From Octopus sinensis (taxonomy: Eukaryota): a stretch of 39,582 bases of DNA. How positions within the stretch are numbered: position 1 is the first letter of the stretch; every line of letters starts with the position of its first letter. Location: the NCBI RefSeq assembly GCF_006345805.1, contig NW_021835769.1, forward strand, positions 1 through 39,582, in the 5' to 3' direction. Below are positions 1-15,311 of this stretch, one piece after another. The position numbers were made by a program, and so were the translations under genes. A model generated the notes under the pieces. That model did not search any database. It was not told where the DNA came from and worked only from the letters and a program-made list of their open reading frames with translations.

Positions 1-560
1 TGTATATATATCAGTATATGTATATATACACGGATATGTATATATACACGTATATGTATATATACAAGTTATATGTATATATATAAGTATATGTATATAT
101 ACCCGTATATGTATATATACACGTATATGTATATATATATAATATATTATATACACGTATATGTATATATATAAGTATATGTATATATACACGTATATGT
201 ATATATACACGTATATGTATATATATAAGTATATGTATATATACACGTATATGTATATATATAAGTATATGTATATATACACGTATATGTATATATATAA
301 GTATATGTATATATACACGTATATGTATATATATAAGTATATGTATATATACACGTATATGTATATATATAAGTATATGTATATATACACGTATATGTAT
401 ATATATATAAGTATATGTATATATCCACGTATATGTATATATATAAGTATATGTATATATGCATATGTATATATATGTATAAATATATAATGTATACATA
501 TATATATGTATTAATATATATGTATATATATATATAGATGTATAAATATATGTATATATA
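1..560. repeat. AT-rich micro/minisatellite with a 36-bp dimeric core (GTATATGTATATATATAA + GTATATGTATATATACAC)
   Basis: Read directly. Alternating 18-mers run over ~160-430, and the ORF track shows a 12-aa periodic [12 protein letters not shown] translation. Confidence 0.95.
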
Positions 561-692
561 TATATAATTACAAATTGAGATAGGGGTTGTGAGTGCAACC
601 CATCATGGGATAACATACATCCGATATACTGCCAGTAAAGCACCCAACAAAGTAAATACATAAATGTTAAGAATTGCGATGCAATTAATTCA

Positions 693-698
693 TTTATT
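693..698 (-). terminator. Candidate poly(A) signal AATAAA with downstream CA and a U/GU-rich tract
   Basis: The minus strand reads gcAATAAAtgaattaattgCAtcgCAattcttaaCAtttatgtatttactttgttgggtgcttt. A second AATAAA lies at 813-818. AT-rich DNA makes chance occurrence likely. Confidence 0.25.
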
Positions 699-1191
699 GC
701 ATTATATGTGCGAAGGTAAAACGTTTTACTACCAATTCATAATCCAAAATAAGAAAATGGAGAAATACACCTTAATCAGTAATCAACTACCAGATAATAC
801 CCATTCACATAATTTATTAAGCAACTTCATATGGACATCAAGGTCAAACATAATAGTACAGAAGAAAACAGTGCACATCAATGAGTAATATGATACAATA
901 GGTACAATAATGAGAGGACGTTAAATAATGTTAAATGACATGACGTTACTTAACGTTAAATGACTTGACGTTAAACGACAAGACGTTAAATAACGTCAAA
1001 GGACGTTGAATGACGATAAATGACATGACATTAAATGATGTTAAATGACATGATGTCAAATGACGTAAAATGATATGTTAAATGACATGATGTTAAAAAA
1101 TATGACGTTAAAAGACATGACGTTAAAAAGCATGACGATAAATAACTTTAAATGACGTTAAATGACATGACACTAAATAACGTTAAACGAT

Positions 1192-4100
1192 ATGACGTTA
1201 AATGACATGATGCTAAATAACGTTAAACAATATGACGTTAAATGACATGACCATAAATGAGGTTAAATGACATGACGTTAAATGACAAGACGTTAAATGC
1301 CTTAAATGACGTTGAATGATTTGACGTCAAATGACGGTAAATGACGGTAAATGACTTGAAATGACGGTAAATGACATGAAGTTAAATGACATGACGTTAA
1401 AAGACATGACGTTAAATGAAGTTAAGTGACATGTCGTGAAATGACGTTAAATGACATGACTTCAATTGACGTTAAATTACATAACGTTAAATAACGTGAA
1501 AAAACATGACGTTAAATGACAGTAAATGACATGACGTTAAATGATGTTAAATGACATGACGTTAAATGACATGACGTTCAATGAAGTTAACTGACGTAAA
1601 ATGACGTTAAATGACATGAAGTTAAATGACATGACTTTAAATGACGTTAAATGATGGTATATGGCATGACGTTAAATGATGTTAAATGAAATGACGTTAA
1701 ATGACATGACTTTAAATGACGTTAAATGATGGTATATGGCATGACGTTAAATGACGTAATATGTCATAACGTTAAATGACATTACGTAAAATGACGTTAA
1801 ATGAAATGATGTTAAATGACGTTAAAAGGCATGACGTTAGATGACGACGTTAAATGACATTACATGAAATCACATTAAATGATGTTAAAGGACATGACGT
1901 TAAAAGGCATGACATTAAATAACATGACGTTAAATGACATGAAGTTAAATGACGTTAAATTACATGACGTAGAATGACATGACGTAAAATGACGTTACAT
2001 CAACGTCAAATGACATGACATTACTTGACGTTAAATAACGTCAAAAAACGTTAAATGACATGATGTCAAATGACGTTAAATTACATAACGTTAAATGACG
2101 TGATGTTAAATAACGTGAAAAAACATGACGTTAAATGACAGTAAATGACATGACGTTAAATGATGTTAAATGACATGACGTTAAATGACGTGACGTTAAA
2201 TGAAGTTAAATGATATGACGTTAACTGACGTAAAATGACGCTAAATGACATGAAGTTAAATGACGTTTAATGACATGACGTTAAATGATGTTAAATGAAA
2301 TGACGTTAAATAACGTAAAATGTCATAACGTTAAATGATATTACGTAAAATGACGTTAAATGAAATGATGTTAAATGACGTTAAAAGGCATGACGTTAAA
2401 TGACATTACATGAAATCACATTAAATGACGTTAAAGGACATGACGTTAAATAACATGAAGTTAAATGACGTTAAATTACATGACGTAAAATGACGTTACA
2501 TCAACGTTAAATGACATGACATTACTTAACGTTACATAACTTGACGTTATATAACGTCTAAAACGTTAAATGACATGACGTTAAATGACGTAAAATAACA
2601 TGACGTTAAATGACGATGTCAAATGACGCCAAATGACATCACGTTAAATCACGTGAAAAGGCATGACGTTAAATGACATGACCTTAAATGAGGTTAACTA
2701 ACATGACGTTCAATGACACGAAGTTAAATGACATTGAATGACGTTAAATGACATGATGCTAAATAACGTTAAACAATATGACGTTAAATGACATGACCAT
2801 AAATGAGGTTAAATGACATGACGTTAAATGACAAGACGTTAAATGCTTTAAATGACGTTGAATGATTTGACGTCAAATGACGGTAAATGACGGTAAATGA
2901 CTTGAAATGACGGTAAATGACATGAAGTTAAATGACATGACGTTAAAAGACATGACGTTAAATGAAGTTAAGTGACATGTCGTGAAATGACGTTAAATGA
3001 CATGACTTCAATTGACGTTAAATTACATAACGTTAAATAACGTGAAAAAACATGACGTTAAATGACAGTAAATGACATGACGTTAAATGATGTTAAATGA
3101 CATGACGTTAAATGACATGACGTTCAATGAAGTTAACTGACGTAAAATGACGTTAAATGACATGAAGTTAAATGACATGACTTTAAATGACGTTAAATGA
3201 TGGTATATGGCATGACGTTAAATGATGTTAAATGAAATGACGTTAAATGACATGACTTTAAATGACGTTAAATGATGGTATATGGCATGACGTTAAATGA
3301 CGTAATATGTCATAACGTTAAATGACATTACGTAAAATGACGTAAATGAAATGATGTTAAATGACGTTAAAAGGCATGACGTTAGATGACGACGTTAATG
3401 ACATTACATGAAATCACATTAATGATGTTAAAGACATGACGTTAAAAGGCATGACATTAAATAACATGACGTTAAATGACATGAAGTTAAATGACGTTAA
3501 ATTACATGACGTAGAATGACATGACGTAAAATGACGTTACATCAACGTTAAATGACATGATGTCAAATGACGTAAAATGACATGACTTTAATGACGTTAA
3601 ATGACGTTAAATAACGTTAAATGACATGATGTCAAATGACGTTAAATTACATAACGTTAAATGACGTGATGTTAAATAACGTGAAAAAACATGACGTTAA
3701 ATGACAGTAAATGACATGACGTTAAATGATGTTAAATGACATGACGTTAAATGACGTGACGTTAAATGAAGTTAAATGATATGACGTTAACTGACGTAAA
3801 ATGACGCTAAATGACATGAAGTTAAATGACGTTTAATGACATGACGTTAAATGATGTTAAATGAAATGACGTTAAATAACGTAAAATGTCATAACGTTAA
3901 ATGATATTACGTAAAATGACGTTAAATGAAATGATGTTAAATGACGTTAAAAGGCATGACGTTAAATGACATTACATGAAATCACATTAAATGACGTTAA
4001 AGGACATGACGTTAAATAACATGAAGTTAAATGACGTTAAATTACATGACGTAAAATGACGTTACATCAACGTTAAATGACATGACATTACTTAACGTTA

Positions 4101-4322
4101 CATAACTTGACGTTATATAACGTCTAAAACGTTAAATGACATGACGTTAAATGACGTAAAATAACATGACGTTAAATGACGATGTCAAATGACGCCAAAT
4201 GACATCACGTTAAATCACGTGAAAAGGCATGACGTTAAATGACATGACCTTAAATGAGGTTAACTAACATGACGTTCAATGACACGAAGTTAAATGACAT
4301 TGAATGACGTTAAATGACATGA
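1192..4322. repeat. Higher-order tandem duplication, 2 x ~1.55 kb
   Basis: Rare markers recur at offsets of 1546-1566: TGCTAAATAACG at 1211/2757, TGATGTCAAA at 2061/3627, ACATGACGTTCAATGACACG at 2701/4267. Confidence 0.9.
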
Positions 4323-5859
4323 CATTAAATGACATGATGTTACTTGACGTTAAATGACGTTACATATCATGACGTTAAATAACGTCAAAGGACATTAAAT
4401 GACAAGACGTTAAATGACATGACGTTAATTGATTTAAATAACGTTAAATGACATGACGCTAAATGACGTTAAATTACATGAAGTTAAATGACGCTAAATG
4501 ACATGACGTTGAAGGACGTTAAATGACATGACGTTAAATGATGTTAAATGGCGTTAAATGACAGGACGTTAATTGACATGACGTTAAAGGACATGACGTT
4601 AAATGACATGAAGTTAAATGACGTTACATGACATGACGTTAAATGACGTTACATGATGTTAAATGACATGACCTTACTTGGCGTTAAATGACGTTACATA
4701 ACATGACGTAAAATGACATGACTTTAAATGACGTGACGTTAAAAGACGTGACATAACATGACATTAACTGACGTGAAGTGACGTTAAATGACAACACATT
4801 AAGTAACGTCAAAGGACGTTCAATGACATGACGCTAATTGCGTAAAATGACGTTAAATGACATGACGCTAAATGAGGTTAAATGACGCTAAATGGCATGA
4901 CGTTAAATAACGTTAAATGACATGACGTTAAATAACGATAAATGTCATGACGTTAAATGACATGACGTTAAATGGCATTCAATGACATGACGGTAAATGA
5001 CGTTAATTGACATAAAGTTAAATGATGTTAAATGACGTTAAATGACGTTAAATTACCTGACGTTAAATGACTTGAAGTTAAATGTTTTTAAATGACATGA
5101 CGTTAAATGACGTTAGATGACATGACGTTAAAAAATATAAATGACGTTAAATGGCAAGACGTTAAATGACATGATGTTAATTGATGTTAAATGTCATGAC
5201 GTTAAATGATATGACGTTAAATGACGTTATTGACGTTATTGACATGACGTTAAGTGACATTAAATGGCATGACGTTAAAAGTCATTAAATAACAAGACGT
5301 TAAATGACATGACGTTAAATGACATTAAATGACAACACGTTAAATGACATTAAATGACAACACGTTAAATGACGTTAAATGACATGACGCTAAATGATGT
5401 GACGATAAATGACCTTAAATGACAATAAACGACATGACGTCAATGACGTGAAATAACATGAAGTTATATGACGTTTAATGACATGACGTTAAATGAACGT
5501 TACATGACGTTAAAGGTTACTTGACCTTAAATGATATGACGTTAAATGACGTTACATGTCATGACATTAAATGATATTACGATAAATAAGGTCAAAGGAC
5601 GTTAAATGACAGAACGCTAAATGACGTTATTTGACGTTAAATTACATAACGGTAAATAAGGTTAAATGACATGACGCTAAATGATGTTGAATGACGTTAA
5701 ATAACGTTAAATGACGTTAAATTACATGACGTTAAGTGACGTTAAATGACGTGAAATGACATGATGTTAAATGACATTAAATAACATGACGTTAAATGAC
5801 ATGACGTTAAATGAAGTTACATGACATGACGTTAAATGACATGATGTTAAATGACATGT

Positions 5860-8800
5860 CGTTAAATGACGTTAAATGACATAAAATGACATGATGTTAA
5901 ATAACATGACGTTAAATAACATGACGTTAAATGACATTAAATGACATGACGTTAAATGACTTTAAATGACATGATGTTAAATGACGTTAAATGAAATGAC
6001 GTTAAATGATATGACGTTAAATGATATGACGTTAAATGACGTTAAATGACATTAAATTTACATAACGTTAAATGACGTTAAAAAGCATGACACTAAAAAA
6101 CGTTGAAAGATATGAAGTTAAATGACGTAAAAGGAAATGACGTTAAATGACGTGATGTGAAATGATGTTAAATGACTTGCCGTTAAATGACTTGCCATTA
6201 AATGACGTGACGTTATAAGACATGAAGTTAAATGATATTAAATGACATAACGTTACATGTCGTTGAATGACATGACGCTAAATAACGATAAATGTCATGA
6301 CGTTAAATGACATGACGTTAAATGACATTCAATGACATGACGGTAAATGACGTTAATTGACATAAAGTTAAATGATGTTAAATGACGTTAAACGACGTTG
6401 AATGACGTAAAATGACATGACGTTAAATGACGTCAAATGATGTTAAATGACGTTAAATGACATGATGTTAAATAACATGACGTTAAATGACATGATGTTA
6501 AATGACATGACGTTAAATAAAATGAAATGACATGATGTAAAATAACGTTAAATGAAATGACGTTAAACGACGTCAAATGATGTTAGATAACATGAAGTTG
6601 AATGATGTTAAACGAAGGTAAATGACATGACGTTAGATGACGTTAAATAACGTTAAAAGACATTACGTTAAATGACGTTGAATGACATTACGTTCAATGA
6701 CGTTAAATGACATGACGTTGAATGACGTTAAATGACGTTAAAAAACATGACGTTAAACAACGTTAAAGGACATGACGTTAAATGACACGACGTTAAATGA
6801 CATGGCGTTAAATGACGCTACATGACGATAAATGACATGACGTTATTTGACGTTAAATGACATGACGTGAAATGACGTGAGATGACGTTAAATGATGTTA
6901 AATGATATGACGTTAAATGACGTTAATATACACGACGTTAAATGACATGACGTTAAATGACGTCAAATGATCAAACGTTAAATGGCATGACGTTAAATGA
7001 CGTCAAATGACACGTCGTTAAATGACGTTAAATAACATGATGTTAAATGACGTTAAATGACATGTCATTAAATGACGTAAAATCACGTAAAATGACATGA
7101 TGTTAAATGACATTAAATGACATGACGTTAAATGACATGACGTTGAATGACATTAAATGACATGACATTAAATGACGTTAAATGAAGTTAAAAGGCATGA
7201 CGTCAAACGACGTTAAATGACATGACGTTAAATTATATGCCGCCAAATGACGTTAAATGACATTAAGTGTGATGAAGTTAAATGACGTTAAATGACGTTA
7301 CATGACAGGACGTAAAATGTCATTAAATGAATTTAAATGACATGACGTTAACTGACGTTAAAAGACGTTAAATAACATGACGTTAAATAACATGACGTTA
7401 AATAAAGAGAAATGACGTTAAATGTCATGGCGTTAAATGACGTTAAATGACGTGACGTTGACATGACGGTAAATGACGTGAATGACGTGACATTAAATGA
7501 CGTTAAATTACATAACATTAAATGACGTTAAATGAAGTTAAATGACATGACGTTAAATGATGTTAATTGGCATGACGTAAAATGACAATAAATTAGATGA
7601 CGTTAAATGAGGTTAAATGATATCATGTTAAATGACGTTAAATGAGGTTAAATAACATGACGTTAAATGACGTTATATGACGTTTAATTATATGACGTTC
7701 AGTGATGTTGAATGAAATGACGTTAAATGACATGATGTTAAATGACGTTAAATGACACGTCGTGAAATGATGTTAAATGACATGATTTTAAATGTCGTTA
7801 AATGACATGACTTTAAATCATGTTAAATGACTTTAAATGACGGTACATAACATGACGTTAAATGACGTTAAATGACATGACCTTACATGCCGTAAAATGT
7901 CATAACGTTTAATGACCTGACGTTAAATGACGTTGAATGACATGACGTTAAATGACGTTAAATGATACGATGTTCAATGACGTTAAATGACATGACGCTA
8001 AATAATGTTAAATTACGTTAAATTACATGACGTTAAATAACGTAAAATGAAATTAAATGACGTTAAATGACGTTATAAATCATGACGTTAAATGACATGA
8101 AGTTAAATGACAAGAGGTTAAATGAAGTTAAATGACGTTCAAGGATATGACGTTAAATTACATTAAATGACATCACGTTAAATGACGTAAAATGACGTTA
8201 AAAGGCGTGATGTTAAATTACATGACGTTAAATGACGTTAACTGACATGACGTTAAATGACGTAAATTAAGATGACGTTAAATGAAATGATATTAAATTA
8301 TGTTAAATGACATGTCGTGAAATGACGTTTCATGATGTTAAATGTCATGATGTTAAATGATATGACGTTAAATGAGGTTAAATGACATGACGTTAAATGA
8401 CGTTAATTAAGATGACGTTAAATGAAATGACGTTAAATGACGTTAAATGACGTTAAATGACATGAAGTTAAATGACGTTAAATGACATAAAGTTAAATGA
8501 CGTTAAGTGATATGATGTTAAACGGCGTTAAATGACATGAAGTTAAATTACATTAAATGACAGGACGTGAAATGACGTTAAATTACGTTTAAATGATGTT
8601 AAATGACATGACGTTAAATAGCATTAAATGACATCACGTTGAATGACGTTAAATGACGTTAAATGACGTTTAAAGGCATGAACTTACATGACGTTAAATG
8701 ACATTAAATAACATGACGCTAAATGACATGACGTTAAATGACATGATGTTATATGACATGTCGTTAAATGAAGTTAAATGACGTTAAATAACATGACGTT

Positions 8801-10900
8801 AAATGACATTAAATGACATGACGTTAAATGACGTTAAAGGACATGACGTTAAATGACATGAGGTTAAATGACGTTAAATGAACTGACGTTAAATGATATG
8901 ACGTTAAATGACATGACGTGAAATGACGTTAAATGACATTAAATTTACATAACGTTAAATGACGTTAAAAAGCATGACGTTAAATGATATGACACTAAAA
9001 AATATTGAATGATATGAAGTTAAATGACGTAAAATGACATGACGTAAACGAGGTTAAATTAAATGACGTTAAATGACGTGATGTGAAATGATGTTAAATA
9101 ACGATGTTTAAATGACTTGCCGTTAAATGACTTGCCGTTGAATGACGTGACGTTATAAGACATGAAGTTAAATGATATTAAATGACATAACGTTACATGT
9201 CGTTAAATAACGATAAATGACATGACGGTAAATGACGTTAATTGACATAAAGTTAAATGATGTTAAATGACGTTAAATAACATGACGTTAAACGACGTTG
9301 AATGACGTAAAATGACATGACGTTAAATGACGTTAAATGATGTTAAATGACGTTAAATGACATGATGTTAAATAACATGACGTTATATGACATGATGATA
9401 AATGACAAGATGTTAAATGACATGACGTTAAATAATATGAAATGACATGACGTAAAATAACGTTAAATGAAATGACGTTAAACGACGTCAAATGATATAG
9501 ATAACATGAAGTTGAATGATGTTAAACGACGTCAAACGACGTAAATGATATAGATAACATGACGTTAAATGACGTTAAATAACGTTAAAAGACATTACGT
9601 TAAATGACGGTAAATGACATTACGTTCAATGACGTTAAATGACATGACGTTGAATGACGTTAATTGACGTTAAAAAACATTACGTTAAATACCGTTAAAG
9701 GACATGACGTTAAATGACACGACGTTAAATGACATGACGTTAAATGACGCTACATGATGATAAATGACATGACGTTATTTGACGTTAAATGACATGACGT
9801 AAAATGACGTGAGATGACGTTAAATGATGTTAAATGATATGACGTTAAATGACGTTAAATGACGTCAAATGATCAAACGTTAAATGGCATGACGTTAAAT
9901 GACGTCAAATGACATGTCGTTAAATGACGTTAAATAACATGATGTTAAATGACGTTAAATGACATGTCATTAAATGACGTAAAATCACGTAAAATGACAT
10001 GATGTTAAATGACGTCAAATGACATGTCGTTAAATGACGTTAAATAACATGACGTTAAATGACGTTAAATGACATGACGTTGAATGACATTAAATGACAT
10101 GACATTAAATGACGTTAAATGAAGTTAAAAGACATGACGTCAAACAACGTTAAATGAAATGACGTTAAATTATATGCCGTCAAATGACGTTAAATGACAT
10201 TAAGTGTCATGAAGTTAAATGACGTTAAATGACGTTACATGACATGACTTAAAATATCATTAAATGAATTTAAATGACATGACGTTAACTGACGTTAAAA
10301 GACGTTAAATAACATGACGTTAAATAACATGACGTTAAATGACGTTATATGACGTTTAATGATATGACGTTAAGTGATGTTAAATGAAATGACGTTTAAT
10401 GACGTTCAGTGATGTTGAATGAAATGACGTTAAATGACATGATATTAAATGACGTTAAATGACATGTCGTGAAATGACGTTAAATGACATGATTTTAAAT
10501 GTCGTTAAATGACATGACTTTAAATCATGTTAAATGACTTTAAATGACGGTACATGACATGACGTTTAATGACGTTAAATGACATGACGTTACATGCCGT
10601 AAAATGTCATAACGTTTAATGACCTGACGTTAATTAAGATGACGTTAAATGAAATGACGTTAAATGACGTTAAATAACGACGTTAAATGACGTTAAATGA
10701 CATGAAGTTAAATGACGTTAAATGACATGAAGTTAAATGATTTAATGATATGATTTTAAACGGCGTTAAATGACATGAAGTTAAATGACATTAATGACAC
10801 GACGTGAAATGACGTTAAATTACGTTTAAATGATGTTAAATGACATGACGTTAAATGGCATTAAATGACATCACGTTGAATGACGCTAAATGACGTTAAA
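5860..10900. repeat. Older, diverged higher-order duplication, ~2.9 kb period
   Basis: Markers AAATTTACATAACG ~6055/8941, GACTTGCC 6174/9114, GATCAAACG 6969/9871, TATATGCCG ~7234/10161. Confidence 0.8.
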
Positions 10901-13900
10901 TGACATGACCTTAAATGACGTAAATGACATTACGTTAAATCACTATAAATGATGTAATTAACATGACGCTTAAATAACGTTAAATGATATTACGTTAAAT
11001 GACGTTAATGAACTGACCTTAAATGACGTTAAATGACATGACCTTAAATGAGGTTAAATGACATGACGTTAAATGACGTTAAATTACATGACGTTAAATG
11101 ACGTTAAATGACATAAAGTTAAATGACGTTGAATGACGTTGAATGATGTTAAATGACATGACGTTAAATGACATGACTTTAAATGACGTTAAATGACGTT
11201 AAATGACATGATGTTAATTGAAATGACGTTAAATGACGTTGCATGACGTTAAATGACATGACGCTACTCGACGTTAAATGACATGACGTCAAATGACGTT
11301 AAATGACAATACATATCGTGACGTTAAATATCGTGAAATGACGTTAAATAACGTCAAAAGACGTTAAATGACATGACTTTAAATGAGAAGACGTTAAATG
11401 ACGTTAAATGAAGTTGAATGACATGAACTTAATGAGGCTAAATGACATGACGTTAAATGACATTATATGACATGACGTTAAATGAGTTAAATGACGTTAA
11501 ATGACGTTAAATTACATGACGTAAAATAATATTTAACTTACGTTAAACGACATGACTTGAAATGACGTTCAATGACATGAAGTTAAATGACGTCAAATAC
11601 ATGACGTAAATGACGTTAAGTGAATTTAAATGACATGATGTTAAATGAAATGACGTTAAATGACGTTCAGTGATGTTGAATGAAATGACGTTAAATGACA
11701 TGATATTAAATGACGTTAAATGACATGTCGTGAAATGACGTTAAATGACATGATTTTAAATGTCGTTAAATGACATGACTTTAAATCATGTTAAATGACT
11801 TTAAATGACGGTACATGACATGACGTTTAATGACGTTAAATGACATGACGTTACATGCCGTAAAATGTCATAACGTTTAATGACCTGACGTTAATTAAGA
11901 TGACGTTAAATGAAATGACGTTAAATGACGTTAAATAACGACGTTAAATGACGTTAAATGACATGAAGTTAAATGACGTTAAATGACATGAAGTTAAATG
12001 ATGTTAAATGATATGATTTTAAACGGCGTTAAATGACATGAAGTTAAATGACATTAAATGACACGACGTGAAATGACGTTAAATTACGTTTAAATGATGT
12101 TAAATGACATGACGTTAAATGGCATTAAATGACATCACGTTGAATGACGCTAAATGACGTTAAATGACATGACCTTAAATGACGTTAAATGACATTACGT
12201 TAAATCACTATAAATGATGTAAATTAACATGACGCTAAATAACGTTAAATGATATTACGTTAAATGACGTTAAATGACATGACCTTAAATGACGTTAAAT
12301 GACATGACCTTAAATGAGGTTAAATGACATGACGTTAAATGACGTTAAATTACATGACGTTAAATGACGTTAAATGACATAAAGTTAAATGACGTTGAAT
12401 GACGTTGAATGATGTTAAATGACATGACGTTAAATGACATGACTTTAAATGACGTTAAATGACGTTAAATGACATGATGTTAATTGAAATGACGTTAAAT
12501 GACGTTGCATGACGTTAAATGACATGACGCTACTCGACGTTAAATGACATGACGTCAAATGACGTTAAATGACAATACATATCGTGACGTTAAATATCGT
12601 GAAATGACGTTAAATAACGTCAAAAGACGTTAAATGACATGACTTTAAATGAGAAGACGTTAAATGACGTTAAATGAAGTTGAATGACATGAACTTAAAT
12701 GAGGCTAAATGACATGACGTTAAATGACATTATATGACATGACGTTAAATGATGTTAAATGACGTTAAATGACGTTAAATTACATGACGTAAAATAATAT
12801 TTAACTTACGTTAAACGACATGACTTGAAATGACGTTCAATGACATGAAGTTAAATGACGTCAAATTACATGACGTTAAATGACGTTAAGTGAATTTAAA
12901 TGACATGATGTTAAATGAAATGACGTTAAATGACGTTCAGTGATGTTGAATGAAATGACGTTAAATGACATGATATTAAATGACGTTAAATGACATGTCG
13001 TGAAATGACGTTAAATGACGTTAAATGACATGACTTTAAATCATGTTAAATTATTTAAATGACGGTACATGACATGACGTTAAATGAAGTTAAATGACAT
13101 GGCGTTACATGCCGTAAAATGTCATAACGTTTAATGACCTGACGCTAAATGACGTTAAATGACATGACGTTAAATGACGTTAAATGATATGATGTTCAAT
13201 GACGTTAAATGACATGAAGGTAAATGACGTTAAATGACATGACGGTAAATAACGTTAAATGACATGACGCTAAAAGATGTTAAATTACGTTAAATGACAT
13301 GACGTTAAATAACGTAAAATGAAATTAAATGACGTTAAATGACGTTATAAAACATGACGTTAAATGACATGAAGTTAAATGACAAGAGGTTAAATGAAGT
13401 TAAATGACGTTCAAGGATATGACATTAAATTACATTAAATGACATCACGTTAAATGACGTAAAATGACGTTAAAAGGCATGATGTTAAATTACATGACGT
13501 TAAATGACGTTAAATGACATGACGTTAAATGATGTCAAATGAAATGATATTAAATGATGTTAAATGACATGTCGTGAAATGACGTTTCATGACGTTAAAT
13601 GTCATGATGTTAAATGACATGACGTTAAATGACGTTAATTAAGATGACGTTAAATGAAATGACGTTAAATGACGTTAAATAACATGACGTTAAATGACGT
13701 TAAATGACATGAAGTTAAATGACGTTAAATGACATGAAGTTAAATGACGTTAAATGATATGATTTTAAACGGCGTTAAATGACATTAAATGACACGACGT
13801 GAAATGACGTTAAATTACGTTTAAATGATGTTAAATGACATAACGTTAAATAGCATTAAATGACATCACGTTGAATGACGTTAAATGACGTTAAATCACG

Positions 13901-14620
13901 TTAAAAGGCATGAAGTTAAATGACGTTAAGTGACATTACGTTAAATCACTATAAATGATGTTAATTAACATGAGGCAAAATAACGTTAAATGATATTACG
14001 TTAAATGACGTTAAATGACATGACCTTAAATGAGGTTAAATGACATGACGTTAAATGACGTTAAATGATATGACGTTAAATGACGTTAAATGACATAAAG
14101 TTAAATGACGTTGAATGACGTTGAATGATGTTAAATGACATGACGTTAAATGACATGAATTTAAATGACGTTAAATGACGTTAAATGACATGATGTTAAT
14201 TGAAATGACGTTAAATGACGTTGCATGACGTTAAATGACATGACGCTACTCGACGTTAAATGACATGACGTCAAATGACGTTAAATGACAATACATATCG
14301 TGACGTTAAATGACGTGAAATGACGTTAAATAACGTCAAAACACGTTAAATGTCATGACTTTAAATGAGAAGACGTTAAATGACGTTAAATGAAGTTGAA
14401 TGACATGAACTTAAATGAGGCTAAATGACATGACGTTAAATGACATTATATGACATGACGTTAAATGATATTAAATGACGTTAAATGACGTTATATTACA
14501 TGACGTTAAATAACGTTAACTTACGTTAAACGACATGACTTGAAATGACGTCCAATGACATGAAGTTAAATGACGTTAAATTACATGACGTTAAATGACG
14601 TTAAGTGAATTTAAATGACA
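10370..14620. repeat. Higher-order repeat, ~1.27 kb unit, two copies plus a longer third copy
   Basis: CTACTCGAC at 11264, 12530 and 14246; GACGTTCAGTGATG at 10401, 11662 and 12932. Confidence 0.88.
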
Positions 14621-15311
14621 TGATGTTAAATGACGTGAAATAACATGACGTTCAACGACGTGAAATGACATGACGTTAAATGAAGTTAAATGACATGACG
14701 TAAAATGACGTTAAATGACTTGATGTTAAATGACGTTATATAACGTTAAATGACGTTTAATGACATGACGTTAAATGACAATAAATGTCGTTAAATGACG
14801 TTAAATGACATGACGTTAAATGACGTTAAATGATGTTAAATGACGTGACATTAAATGACCTTAAAGGACATTACTTTAAATGACGGTAAATGACGGTGCG
14901 TGACATAACCTTAAATGACGTTAAATGACATGACGTTAAATGACGTAAAATGTTATAACGTTAAACGAGGTTTACGTTAAATGACGTTAAATTACATGAC
15001 TTTAAATGACGTTAAATGACACGATGTTTAATGACGTTCAAAGGCCTGACGTAAAATGAAGTTAAATGACGCTAAATAACATGACGTTAAATGACATTAA
15101 ATGACATCATGTTAAATAACGTTAAATGACGTTATATGACTTTAATTGACATGACGTTGAATAACGTTAAATGACATGACTTCAAATGATGTTAAATGAC
15201 GTTAAGTAACGGTACATGACATAACGTTAAATGACATGACATTAAATTACGTAAAATGTCATAACATTAAATGACATTACGTTAAATGGCGTTAAGTGAC
15301 ATGACGTGAAA

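Noticed and set aside
11-661. ORFs of 105-216 aa rich in Y/I/T/H
   Set aside because: They are translations of the AT microsatellite, which lacks stop codons by composition.
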